Assembly: GCA_963809205.1 (NCBI GenBank)
Contig: CAWEIS010000028.1
Coordinates: 76,469 to 140,468 of the forward strand
Direction: 5' to 3'
From: an uncultured Actinomycetes bacterium
GTDB lineage: Bacteria; Actinomycetota; Thermoleophilia; Gaiellales; JAICJC01
DNA: 64,000 nucleotides
A program made the translations under genes and the position numbers. The notes beneath the pieces are model-generated. The model saw nothing but the letters and a program-made list of their open reading frames with translations. It was not told the origin of the DNA and did no database searches. How positions within the stretch are numbered: position 1 is the stretch's first letter; every line of letters begins with the position of its first letter. Shown one piece after another: positions 26,728 to 35,748 of this stretch.

Positions 26728-27218
26728 ACTTGAGTAACTCTTTCGTTGACGAATAGCGTGATTCCTCGCGCGGCCAAGCGCGCTGGCGTGAATCCGAAGC
26801 CAGCGGCCGAAGCCGTCGCCGAAGAGAGGTCGATGTAGTGCCCACGCCCTTGCTGGCCGTCCGTTGGAACGGATCTCCGTTAACGGAGAGGCCAAATCGA
26901 TCGAGCTGCCCATCCAGGGAGGACGACCAACTCCACAAGCATAGCCTGCGCGCTATTGAAGGACGATTGGGCCCCAGAAAAGTAGTTGCCCCCGGCAACG
27001 GGTCGGTGTACGCGTCAGGTGTGGCCAGGCGGCGCGGCTGCTCGACTGCTCGCCGAACATGGTGCGGATGCGGGCGAAGCGCGGTCGGCTCGACGCCGCT
27101 ATTCGGCCGCGGTGCCTACGTCACGCGGGAGAGCGTCTGCCGACTCATCGGGGAGCCGTGGTCACAGCCGCTCTCGCCGGAGCCGAGGTGGCGGCGCGCC
27201 GAGGGGCGCTATAGCTGT

Positions 27219-28427
27219 TCATGTGGGTAGGCCGAGGGCGTGGAGGTGGGCGGCGAGGCCCCAGATGCCGTCGCCGTGGTTGACGCGGACTCGGTCGAGG
27301 CTGTAGGGGGTGAGTGGCGTTGCGCGCCCGAACTCTGTGGTGGTGGCCGCCAGGTAGCCGGCTGCGTGGACAGCCGAGATGACGCGACTGTCGTAGATTC
27401 CTGCGGGGTAGCAGAAGAATCTGGCTGGTACGGCGAACGAGGAGCGAAGCCAGGCGCGGGAACCGGCGACCTCGATCCACAGGCGCGATTGGGAGAGGCT
27501 GGTGAGTGCGGGGTGGGTCAGCGTGTGTGAGTCGATCTCCCAGTCTGATGCGATCAGTCCGCGGATCTTCTTCGTGCTGAGGCTCCAGCTGCCCTGGTTG
27601 ACGTGGGTGCGGATGAGGTTGAGCGTCCCGGCCCAGCCGTGCCTGGCGAGGATTGGGCGAGCCGCCCAGTAGTGGCCGGCGAAGCCATCGTCGAAGGAGA
27701 TGACGATCGGCCGGCTGGGCAGGGATGCGCCGTGCCAGTAGTCCCAGGCTTGTTGCAGTGAGATGACGTGGTAGCCGCGGCTGGCAAGGAAGTTCATCTG
27801 TCGGGCGAAGGTCTTCGGCGCGACCCACAGCTGCAGGTTGGGGACGCCAGGTGGAGCAACGGCGATCACGTGGTACATCAGGATCGGAATCGCCATGCGG
27901 TGCGTCGCCACCATCGGGTGAGTGCATCGAACGCGGTAGTCCGTGGGGTCGCCGCTGCAGATGTTGAGGCCGATGCCGCCGTCCAGCCGGTCAAACGGCG
28001 CGTGATCGCCGGCCATCAGGTGGTCGCTCCACGGCCCGCCGTAGAGTCGGTCACGGCCGACACCTCCCACCAGCAGGTCGCGGCCACTATCGCCCCACAT
28101 CCGGTCTGCGCCGTGGCCTGCGAGCAGTTGATCGTTGCCAGACCCTCCGAGCAGGGCATCGTTGCCGTCTCCGCCACGCAAGACGTCGTCCCCACCGTGG
28201 CCGACCAATCGGTCGTTGCCGCCGAGACCACAAATCGCGTCCGCGTGGTCTGTCCCGACCAGCAGGTCGTCTCCCGGCGTCCCAACGATCGTGCAGTACG
28301 CAAGACGCCGAGCAGCCACCCGATGCCCGGCCGACACAGCGCGACCCGCAGGTCTGCCACTCCCCCTCGCAGAGAGGAGCACGATCCCGAACAAAACAGC
28401 GATCGTGCAGGCCAGCCAGCGTGCCAT
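27219..28427 (-). CDS. Secreted RTX-repeat (GGxGxD Ca-binding) + NodB polysaccharide deacetylase fusion
   Basis: Signal peptide 'MARWLACTIAVLFGIVLLSARG'. Repeats 'GGNDRLVGHGGDDVLRGGDGNDALLGGSGNDQLLAGHGADRMWGDSGRDLLVGG'. Then 'IPILMYHVI...PIVISFDDGFAGHYWAARPILARHGWAGTLNLI', the NodB motifs. Confidence 0.85.
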   Translation of the reverse strand: MARWLACTIAVLFGIVLLSARGSGRPAGRAVSAGHRVAARRLAYCTIVGTPGDDLLVGTDHADAICGLGGNDRLVGHGGDDVLRGGDGNDALLGGSGNDQLLAGHGADRMWGDSGRDLLVGGVGRDRLYGGPWSDHLMAGDHAPFDRLDGGIGLNICSGDPTDYRVRCTHPMVATHRMAIPILMYHVIAVAPPGVPNLQLWVAPKTFARQMNFLASRGYHVISLQQAWDYWHGASLPSRPIVISFDDGFAGHYWAARPILARHGWAGTLNLIRTHVNQGSWSLSTKKIRGLIASDWEIDSHTLTHPALTSLSQSRLWIEVAGSRAWLRSSFAVPARFFCYPAGIYDSRVISAVHAAGYLAATTTEFGRATPLTPYSLDRVRVNHGDGIWGLAAHLHALGLPT

Positions 28428-28572
28428 ACCCTCATCGTAGGGTCTTGTGGCAAGTATTACAAGACACAAAATTCCTGAATCTCAGGGGGTCCAACCGCGC
28501 CTTCGCCTGGCATCCCCGAGGCAGCCGCGCGAGTTGCGGTGTCGTCCGGGAATTGTTGTACTAGTTGTCACG

Positions 28573-29898
28573 ATGTCAGCTTCGGCAGGTCGGCGCGTTC
28601 CGTCCGCGGACTTCTTCTCCGAGGTCGAGTTCGTGTGGCAGGAGACCGTGGCACCGCCTGCGATGGATGGTGGCTCGGTGGTCAGCGCCGCCGAGTCCCG
28701 CCGCTCACCCGTCCAGCGTCGGCGAAGGCCCCCTCCGCTGACGCTGGTTCGGCGATGGGCGAGCGCGCTTCTGCTCGTCGCCGGCGCGATCATTCTGATC
28801 GGCCGCCAGCTCACCGCACCGAACGCCGGCTGGGCGCCGCTGCCGCTGCCGGTCCCGATGCAGGGACACAACGGCGACGAGACCGGGCGGGGCGCAGGTC
28901 CGAGTTCCTCCGGTGCGCGGGATGCAGCGTCGATCACCGCCGCCGGTGCCGCTGCGAGGTCCGGCCTCAGTGCCGCTGTGCACGCGGGAACCGTGCGGCC
29001 TTCCGAGGCCGCTGCCGCCGCGAAGGTGATCTCGAGGGCGGAGGCGAAACTGGCGGCCGACGGCACGGCATCGGGGGGCGATCTTGGCACCGCCCTGGCG
29101 GAGGTTGCGGCACAGGCACCGGCGTACACGAGTCCCCGCGTCCATGTGCTGTTCCCCCAGCTGGCGGTGAACCTCGACCGTCGACCCCCTGCAGTTGGTT
29201 CGACTGATATCACCGGCCCGGATGGCACCGTCTACCGCTACATGGCCGGGCACGGCTACGTCTTTCACCCGCTGGCGGACTTCGGTCGCCTGAACCGGTA
29301 CGTCGCCCAGAGCAACAACCTGAAGGCCAGGCAGCTGGCCGACGCGTTGCTGGCACGCGCAGTGAAACAGCGCCAGGCGCTGGTGTGGGAGTACTACTTC
29401 CCGTTCGACGGCGGGCCGTCGCGCTGGACTTCCGGGTTCGCCCAGGCGGTGGCGGCCGACGCACTGTACCGAGCCGGGCTGCTGCTGCACGACGACAGTC
29501 TGAGGACGGCGGCCCACGCGGCCTTCGCCGGTCTGGCCACGGGGTTGACGAGGCCTGCCGGGGGCGGCAAATGGGTGGTGGAGTACAGCAACAGCGACAT
29601 CCTGGTGCTGAACGCACACCTCGAGAGCCTGCTCGCCTTGCAACGGTACGCGAAGCAGAGCGGCGACCCCGACGCGGCGGCATTGGCACAACAGTTCAAC
29701 CACGCCGCACACGCCTTGCTGCCCAGCTTCGATACCGGCTGCTGGTCGCGCTACTCCCTCAACGGCCAGCCCGCCTCCGCCGGCTACCACAGCTACCACG
29801 TGGAGTTGCTGCGACGACTCTACGCCACCACGCACGACCCCCTGTGGCAACAGACCGCTGCCCGCTGGGACGGCTACCAGCGCAACCCGTCCTGCTGA
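28573..29898 (+). CDS. Membrane-anchored D-glucuronyl C5-epimerase C-terminal-domain family protein
   Basis: N-terminal anchor 'WASALLLVAGAIILIG'. The C-terminal 250 aa carry 'RWTSGFAQAVAADALYRAG', 'WVVEYSNSDILVLNAHLESLLAL' and 'LPSFDTGCWSRYSL...YHSYHVELLRRL...ARWDGY'. From memory these line up with GLCE-type motifs W.SGMAQG / W.EEYP..FVLNG / LP.YDTG..YDL...YH..H. The start is uncertain within 28447-28573. Confidence 0.75.
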   Translation: MSASAGRRVPSADFFSEVEFVWQETVAPPAMDGGSVVSAAESRRSPVQRRRRPPPLTLVRRWASALLLVAGAIILIGRQLTAPNAGWAPLPLPVPMQGHNGDETGRGAGPSSSGARDAASITAAGAAARSGLSAAVHAGTVRPSEAAAAAKVISRAEAKLAADGTASGGDLGTALAEVAAQAPAYTSPRVHVLFPQLAVNLDRRPPAVGSTDITGPDGTVYRYMAGHGYVFHPLADFGRLNRYVAQSNNLKARQLADALLARAVKQRQALVWEYYFPFDGGPSRWTSGFAQAVAADALYRAGLLLHDDSLRTAAHAAFAGLATGLTRPAGGGKWVVEYSNSDILVLNAHLESLLALQRYAKQSGDPDAAALAQQFNHAAHALLPSFDTGCWSRYSLNGQPASAGYHSYHVELLRRLYATTHDPLWQQTAARWDGYQRNPSC

Positions 29899-30268
29899 AT
29901 GCCGCTCATGTGTGGTCGTCCGGTCGTCCCACGGCCGCAGTAGGTTCCTCGGTCGTGGGCTCCGGACGATCCGCTCGATACGGCGAATGACGTCCGGCGC
30001 GTCCGTCACCGCCCAGAAGCGTGGAACGAGTTCCGAGGGTGTTGCTCGTCCAACCGCGATCCGAAGGACGGTTCCTGCGGCTCGTGTGGGACCTTGGACG
30101 TCATCGGCTCGCTGAACCGAGTGACGCCGCCTCCACCGCGCAACGCCGGCGGCGCTGGACTCGTGCGCCGCCGGTGCGACTGCGCGACGCGCTCGCGGGG
30201 CTGGCACCGAACCAGGCGCGTCGTATGGTCTAGACTGAGCGCGGTGCGGGGAGCCTTCGGACGCGCTT

Positions 30269-31729
30269 ATGCATGAGCCATCACCCCGAGTGTTCTCCCG
30301 GCAGCTCTCCTTGGCCGCCGCCCTCTGCGCAGTGATCCTGGTGGGTGCGCTGCTCAACTGGTACAGGGGGTACCGTCCTGCGCCGATCGCGGCCGCGGCT
30401 CCATCGCAGAAGCCTGATGTCGTCTACATCCTGACCGACGATCAGTTCTACCGGACGCTCTGGGCAATGCCGAAGCTGCGGGCGCAGCTCGTGCAGAAGG
30501 GCGTGCGGTTCACCAACGTGTTCGCGTCGAACCCGCTGTGCGCGCCATCACGCGCCAGCATCCTGACGGGCCAGTACTCACATACCACCGGTCTGTATGA
30601 CAACCGCTCGTCAAGCTACGGCTCCGCGGACACGTTCCACGAGTCAGGCTACGAGCGCCAGACTATGGCCACATGGTTTCACGCCGCCGGTTACCGCACT
30701 GCGATCGTCGGCAAGTATGTCAACGGCTTCGCGTGCCGTTGGGTGCCACCGAACTGGGATGTTTCGGACATCGGTCCGGGGTATTTCGGCCCGACGTTGT
30801 GCGAGAACGGCACCGAGCACCAGTACCCGTCCACCACATACTCGACGGCCCTGTTCGGCAGTCAGGCGGTCGACTTCATCGACGGGACGCCGCAGTCGAC
30901 GCCCCTGTTCCTGTACCTGACGCCGTACGCACCGCATGCCAACGCCCCGCCTGAGCCCAGGTACAAGCACCTTCCGGTTGACCCCTTCCGCTTCTGGCCG
31001 CGCCCGAACTTCAATGAGGCGAACGTATCCGACAAGCCATCATTCCTCCGCAGGATCCCGACGCTCAGCGCTCCGGGGCGGTGGCAGGTGAACTGGCTGC
31101 GCCGCCGGCAGTATCGGACGTTGCGGTCGGTGGACGACATGATCGGCCGAGTGACTGCCGCACTTGCCCGCCGCGGTACTCTGGGCAATACCATCATCGT
31201 ATTTATGAGCGACAACGGTCAGATGTGGGGCTCCCATCGGATGACCGCAGCGACGAAGCGCGTCGCATATGACGAATCACTGCGATTGCCGCTGGTCGTG
31301 CGCTGGGACGGGCGCGTGCCCGCAGACGTCGTGGCCCGGCAGCTGGTTGGCAACATCGATGTCGCTCCGACCCTCGCCGCACTCGCCGGCGTGCCGGTGC
31401 CGACGAGGACGGACGGCGTCAGCTTCGCGCCGATCATCAAGCGGCCGAGTGGCCCGCCGGTGCGCACGAGCCTGTTGCTGGAGCAGGCGGCGAGCCGGTC
31501 GACTCCCAGCGATCGCGTGTACACGCCGAACTACTGCGGCCTGCGAACGCCGGGCTACACTTTCGTCCACTACGCGGGCGGCGCCGAGGAACTGTACAAC
31601 GACGTCAGGGATCCGTACCAGCTCTCGAATCTCGCCGGGAGTCCAGCTTGGCAGGGTCCGCTCGGAAACCTCCGCACGATGACCGAATCGCTCTGCACGC
31701 CAACCCCGCCTGATTTCGGCTGGGGCTAG
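30269..31729 (+). CDS. Formylglycine-dependent sulfatase (GlcNAc-6-sulfatase-like N-terminus), membrane-anchored or exported
   Basis: 'PDVVYILTDDQ...NPLCAPSRASILTGQYSHTTG' holds the C-x-P-x-R FGly motif. Later 'IIVFMSDNGQMWG'. N-terminal hydrophobic anchor 'LSLAAALCAVILVGALL'. Confidence 0.9.
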   Translation: MHEPSPRVFSRQLSLAAALCAVILVGALLNWYRGYRPAPIAAAAPSQKPDVVYILTDDQFYRTLWAMPKLRAQLVQKGVRFTNVFASNPLCAPSRASILTGQYSHTTGLYDNRSSSYGSADTFHESGYERQTMATWFHAAGYRTAIVGKYVNGFACRWVPPNWDVSDIGPGYFGPTLCENGTEHQYPSTTYSTALFGSQAVDFIDGTPQSTPLFLYLTPYAPHANAPPEPRYKHLPVDPFRFWPRPNFNEANVSDKPSFLRRIPTLSAPGRWQVNWLRRRQYRTLRSVDDMIGRVTAALARRGTLGNTIIVFMSDNGQMWGSHRMTAATKRVAYDESLRLPLVVRWDGRVPADVVARQLVGNIDVAPTLAALAGVPVPTRTDGVSFAPIIKRPSGPPVRTSLLLEQAASRSTPSDRVYTPNYCGLRTPGYTFVHYAGGAEELYNDVRDPYQLSNLAGSPAWQGPLGNLRTMTESLCTPTPPDFGWG

Positions 31730-31890
31730 CCGACGACACGGAAAGGGATCTCGACATCGACTCCCCACCGGCCTGAGGGCGGCGGCTGTCGCGAAGGGAT
31801 GTCGATGGCGGTCCCCACCAATCGGCCACACCGACCACGCCGGCTACCATCGGCAAACGGCTATGTCCGCAGCCGCCGCCACCGGCGAAT

Positions 31891-32028
31891 CGGTATGAGT
31901 ACGCCAGGGTGGGTGAGCTGGTGCACCTGGACATCAAGCAGCTGGGGCGCTTCTGGCAGGTCGGCAAGCGCGTCCACAAGGACGGCATCCAACGCAGCTG
32001 CTGCGCCGGGCGGACGTATGCCCACGTC
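31891..32028 (+). mobile_element. 46-codon relic of an IS481-family (rve) transposase
   Basis: 'RYEYARVGELVHLDIKQLGRFWQVGKRVHKDGIQRS..GRTYAHV' matches the conserved 'RYER..PGEL.H.D.KKLGR' entry into the integrase core. There are no ends, no N-terminus and no DDE remainder. Confidence 0.6.
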
Positions 32029-32034
32029 GTGACG

Positions 32035-32211
32035 CTAGGCGGCGATGCCGAGCTCGCGGCCGAGGGCGGGGCCGGCGGTCCGGGCGGCGCCCAGTGGCGG
32101 GTAGCCGAGCGCGTCTTCGATCGCCCGCAGCAGGTCGTAGTGCGTGAACGGCCGGCCCAGCACCGACCCCCGCCGGGTGTAGGGCGAGAGCGCGACCATC
32201 GGCACATGGTT
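32035..32211 (-). pseudogene. C-terminal 58-codon relic of a phosphoesterase-family (AcpA/PLC-like) gene
   Basis: 'NHVPMVALSPYTRRGSVLGRPFTHYDLLRAIEDALGYPPLG...*' resembles the C-terminus of the intact phosphoesterase at 57505..58377. It begins 3 nt after the stop of the upstream gene and has no N-terminal part. Confidence 0.6.
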
Positions 32212-32213
32212 GG

Positions 32214-33173
32214 TTAGTGGCAGGATGTGGTGCCGGAGTCGACGATGGTGCCGTCGGTGGCGATGAACTGGTAGTCGTAGCTGGTTGGGTGAAGGACGAG
32301 CCGCAAGACGCCGTAGCGACGAGCCGGATCGACCTTCTCGACCATCGCAAACGTGCTCAGCACCAGCCCGCGACTCTTGCCGCCTGTGCCGGCGATGAAC
32401 TGGCGCACCCCGCGGCCGGGGTCGATCACGCCGGCCGAGGTCATTTCCGCAAACCGGGCGTAGGCGTGCTTGTGACCGTTCAGCACGAGCTCTGCGTTAT
32501 GGGAGTAGAGCAGATCCCAGAACGGGCCGGTCTGGCCGTTGGGGCCATTCTTCTTGCCGGTGAACCGCGGCCGGTGCCAGTAGGCCAGGGTGCACTGGGC
32601 GTTGCTGTTGTCAAGGTCATTCTTCAGCCACGTCGTCTGCGCCGAGTTGACGTCACACGACACGAAGCCGCATTCACTGTTCAGCGAGATCAAATGCCAG
32701 GTACCAAGGTTCCAGCTGTAATACCCATTGCCGCTCGGGCCGGCCACGCGCGATCCCCAGTACTGGAAGTAGCCTAAGCCCTGGCCCGGGCACGGGTGCC
32801 CCCACGGATCGTTGCGTGTCTGGTACTCATGGTTGCCCAGGGTCGGCCACGTCATCGCCGCCACTCGCCCCCACGTCGGGTCATAGGAGGCCAGGAAGTC
32901 GTTGTAGCTCCCACACTCGTACTGCAGATCGCCCAGCGCGAGCACATTGTCGACCGCCGTATCCCCGAGGATCAGATCGCTCGTGGCACGCATCCCGCAG
33001 GTCTTGTTGAAGCGCGCGTCAAACGGGCTGCAAGCGATGTCTCCGGCCGCCTCCACCACCGGATCACCGCTCACTGGATCCGTCGCATGCGCGCTGCCTA
33101 CGCCCACCACACAAGCGAAACACGAGGCCAAGACAAGAACCGCCGCAAACCGCCGCGACCAGCGAGATCCCAC
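32214..33173 (-). CDS. Secreted calcineurin-like metallophosphoesterase (paralog 1 of 3)
   Basis: GTG 33173 lies 11 nt after GGAGGAGG. Signal peptide 'RWSRRFAAVLVLASCFACVVGVGSAHA'. Motifs 'AAGDIACSP', 'ALGDLQYE', 'GNHEY', 'LNGHKHAYARF'; ends 'DSGTTSCH'. Confidence 0.85.
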   Translation of the reverse strand: MGSRWSRRFAAVLVLASCFACVVGVGSAHATDPVSGDPVVEAAGDIACSPFDARFNKTCGMRATSDLILGDTAVDNVLALGDLQYECGSYNDFLASYDPTWGRVAAMTWPTLGNHEYQTRNDPWGHPCPGQGLGYFQYWGSRVAGPSGNGYYSWNLGTWHLISLNSECGFVSCDVNSAQTTWLKNDLDNSNAQCTLAYWHRPRFTGKKNGPNGQTGPFWDLLYSHNAELVLNGHKHAYARFAEMTSAGVIDPGRGVRQFIAGTGGKSRGLVLSTFAMVEKVDPARRYGVLRLVLHPTSYDYQFIATDGTIVDSGTTSCH

Positions 33174-33909
33174 AAGTATCGGTGCCTCCTCCTTCTCACC
33201 CCGTCGGAAGCCAAGTTGCCGAAGCCACCAGGCTACACCACCCGCAGATCCTTGCCAAGCGCACCGAGCGCAAGACAGCTGCCGCCTGGCGTGCCCTAGC
33301 GCGACGCTGCCGTCGAGGCGGGGTGCGATCGTCATCGCCTGCGGCCTTCGGTGGGCGCGGTGCTTGACGCTGTAGCCGCGTCCTGGGGACACCGTTGACG
33401 CGCGGGATGAGTTGCAGGCCAGCGTCAACGAACTCGAACAACACCCCGCCGCCGACTCGAACGTTGGTGGTGGGAGCGAGAGCGCGCCACATCTAGCCCG
33501 CGATCGCGGTCGCTCGTAAGCTTGTGTGGGTGACCCGGCGTGGACTCTCCCGTGACGGCCGGGTCACCCGTCGGCGATATTCGCTCGGGAGCAGGTCGCC
33601 GACACCTCGCGCCGGGGCGGGCGACTCCACCCCCTCGTCCGCCCTAGCCGGCGCGGTCGTCCTGAGAGTCTAGTCCGGGTTCGACCGCGGATTCTACGTA
33701 CATACTGCGCCTATCCCTAGCCGTGGCCTAGCCGCAGGTGCCTATTCGCCGGTTGGCGGCTCGACGCTCGCGCAGACCTGGCGGATCCCCGCCACCCTCG
33801 TAGTATAGGTAAAACATGTCGATACAGCATTCTGATATTCGTCGCCTATTCGAGGAGTGGCCGGCAGCGGTCGTCTTGTTTCGCCCCGAATCGGGTGTAC
33901 GGTTCGCCT

Positions 33910-34044
33910 ATGGCGGAACGACCTGAGGATCAGGTCGCCGAGTCGGATGGCTCCGAGGAGTACGTTCCTCACGAGCGCGAGGAGTTCCGCGCGCTGGCCG
34001 AGCGCGCTCGGCACGACGACAACGACTCCGACGACGACGAGTAA
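33910..34044 (+). CDS. Possible 44-aa acidic ORF
   Basis: 'MAERPEDQVAESDGSEEYVPHEREEFRALAERARHDDNDSDDDE*' is the only ORF-like signal in a 1.35-kb gene-poor gap. Support is weak. Confidence 0.25.
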   Translation: MAERPEDQVAESDGSEEYVPHEREEFRALAERARHDDNDSDDDE

Positions 34045-34533
34045 GCGCGGCGTCGCCGCGGAGGCACGGGATCGTAACCGCGAGTTCTCCACACGGACAC
34101 CACGGTTGGCGGTACGTTAGTGGCCTGCTCCGCGCTCCCTGATGACACACGAGCACGGGTGCTTCCTGCCTCAGCCGGCGGGATCCCCCCGAGCCCCCTC
34201 CCCGGGGCTCCGGCACTGGATCCCGTCGGCCGCCCGCCCGGGCGCATCCGAGTCGCGGAGCATCGCGTGGCGACCAATGGGGTCGGAGCGACCCCATTCG
34301 CCATGGGAGCCCCCGCCGTGTCTAGGTCGCGCCGACGGGCGAACGTCAGGCGGCCGGCGGTAGCGGCCCGCGGACAGGACGCACTGCGCCGACGAGGATG
34401 CGCGACTCGGCGGGAGCGGAACGGGCCTCGCCGGGCGCGCGCACGCGCCGAGCAGGGCGTAGCGATCCTCCACGGCGCGTGTCGGCGCGGATCTGCTGCA
34501 CCGCCATCGCGACCGTCCCTTGCGCCTCGCCTC

Positions 34534-34995
34534 TTAGCCGGCCACGCCGGTGCCGACGATGTTGACGAGGCGAGTCTGCAGCACCTTTCCGTTCCTGTTC
34601 GCAGCGGAGATCGTCAGAGTCGCGGTCTCGTGGCCGCCAAACTCCGGTATCGGCTGAAACCCGATGATCATGGTGCAGCTCTCACCGGCGCCGAGCACGT
34701 TGACGGTGTAGGACAACAGGCATGTCGAGCCTGGCTGGCCCGGGGAGAAGTCGTCCGGAGACTGGTCGGAGACGGTGACGATCAACGTCCGCTCCGAAGT
34801 GTTGGCGATGGTCACGGTTCGCGTCGTGAAGCTGCCGTAGGGCTGCTTTCCGAACTTCAGGGTGTGCGGCGGCGTGACCTGGAGCACCGCCCCGTCTCCG
34901 AGTGCGGCCGATGGCAGTCCCAGCCCGACCACCAATACCAGCCCCACCATCGTGAGCCACAACCACCGCGATCCGGTGCGCGTACGTTGCCCCAT
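34534..34995 (-). CDS. Secreted Ig-like (HYDIN/choice-of-anchor-D-like) domain protein
   Basis: Signal/anchor 'WLWLTMVGLVLVVGLGLPSAALG', then 'LKFGKQPYGSFTTRTVTIANTSERTLIVTV...GESCTMIIGFQP', typical of a single beta-sandwich domain. Confidence 0.7.
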   Translation of the reverse strand: MGQRTRTGSRWLWLTMVGLVLVVGLGLPSAALGDGAVLQVTPPHTLKFGKQPYGSFTTRTVTIANTSERTLIVTVSDQSPDDFSPGQPGSTCLLSYTVNVLGAGESCTMIIGFQPIPEFGGHETATLTISAANRNGKVLQTRLVNIVGTGVAG

Positions 34996-35145
34996 TTCGA
35001 CCCCACCCTTCAACTAGATCGATCACTTCTCCGCATCGACGATATCCCAGCCGTACTCCAAACGGGGTGACATTGTGGTGAACGGCACTAGACGGCATTC
35101 TCCGACGGCGGGATACTCGCCGGACTCATCGACCAGGGGGACACC

Positions 35146-35610
35146 ATGCGCAGGCTCAGTGGGAAGCTCGTCTCGTTCATCATTGTCGGAGTAGCAGTCA
35201 GCCTGGTCGGCATCGTCACCGCCGCCGACGCGGTGACCAGTCCACCGACCGCCGACATGGCGGTAACCTCGATGCGTGCGAGTGTCACGTCGGCGACTCA
35301 CGGATCGGTGATCACCTTCACCGAGGTGATCCGGAACAACGGTCCGGAGACCGTCGAGATGGACGCGCAGCCACAGATCAGCGGTGGAGTCCTCGTCACG
35401 GAGACGTGTGACCTCGGCATCTCCCCGGATACGCCATTCTGCGAGTACGGGTTCATCGAGCCAGGGACCAGCCTGACCACGAGATACCGAGTGCGAGTGA
35501 CCGCGACCCATGGTGCCGTGGTCGTCAAGGGTGGCGTGTCGACCGAGGAGCCTGAGCTGGACGACAACCCGTTCAATCAATTCCGCGCCACCTCGGTGCG
35601 CGTCGGCTGA
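35146..35610 (+). CDS. Secreted DUF11/CARDB-like beta-sandwich protein
   Basis: Signal peptide 'MRRLSGKLVSFIIVGVAVSLVGIVTAADA'. 'ADMAVTSMRASVTSATHGSVITFTEVIRNNGPETV' follows the DUF11-type repeat pattern. Confidence 0.7.
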   Translation: MRRLSGKLVSFIIVGVAVSLVGIVTAADAVTSPPTADMAVTSMRASVTSATHGSVITFTEVIRNNGPETVEMDAQPQISGGVLVTETCDLGISPDTPFCEYGFIEPGTSLTTRYRVRVTATHGAVVVKGGVSTEEPELDDNPFNQFRATSVRVG

Positions 35611-35748
35611 CCCCGCTCACGCCTGGCACGCCGGCTCGCCTCGTACGACCGGCCACATGCGTGCGGCGTGGCGCGCGCGAGGCGAGCACGTTCCCGGCGC
35701 CCGCACCCCGATACCCCCCGGCTACAGGAGGCGAGGCGCGGGATGTGG

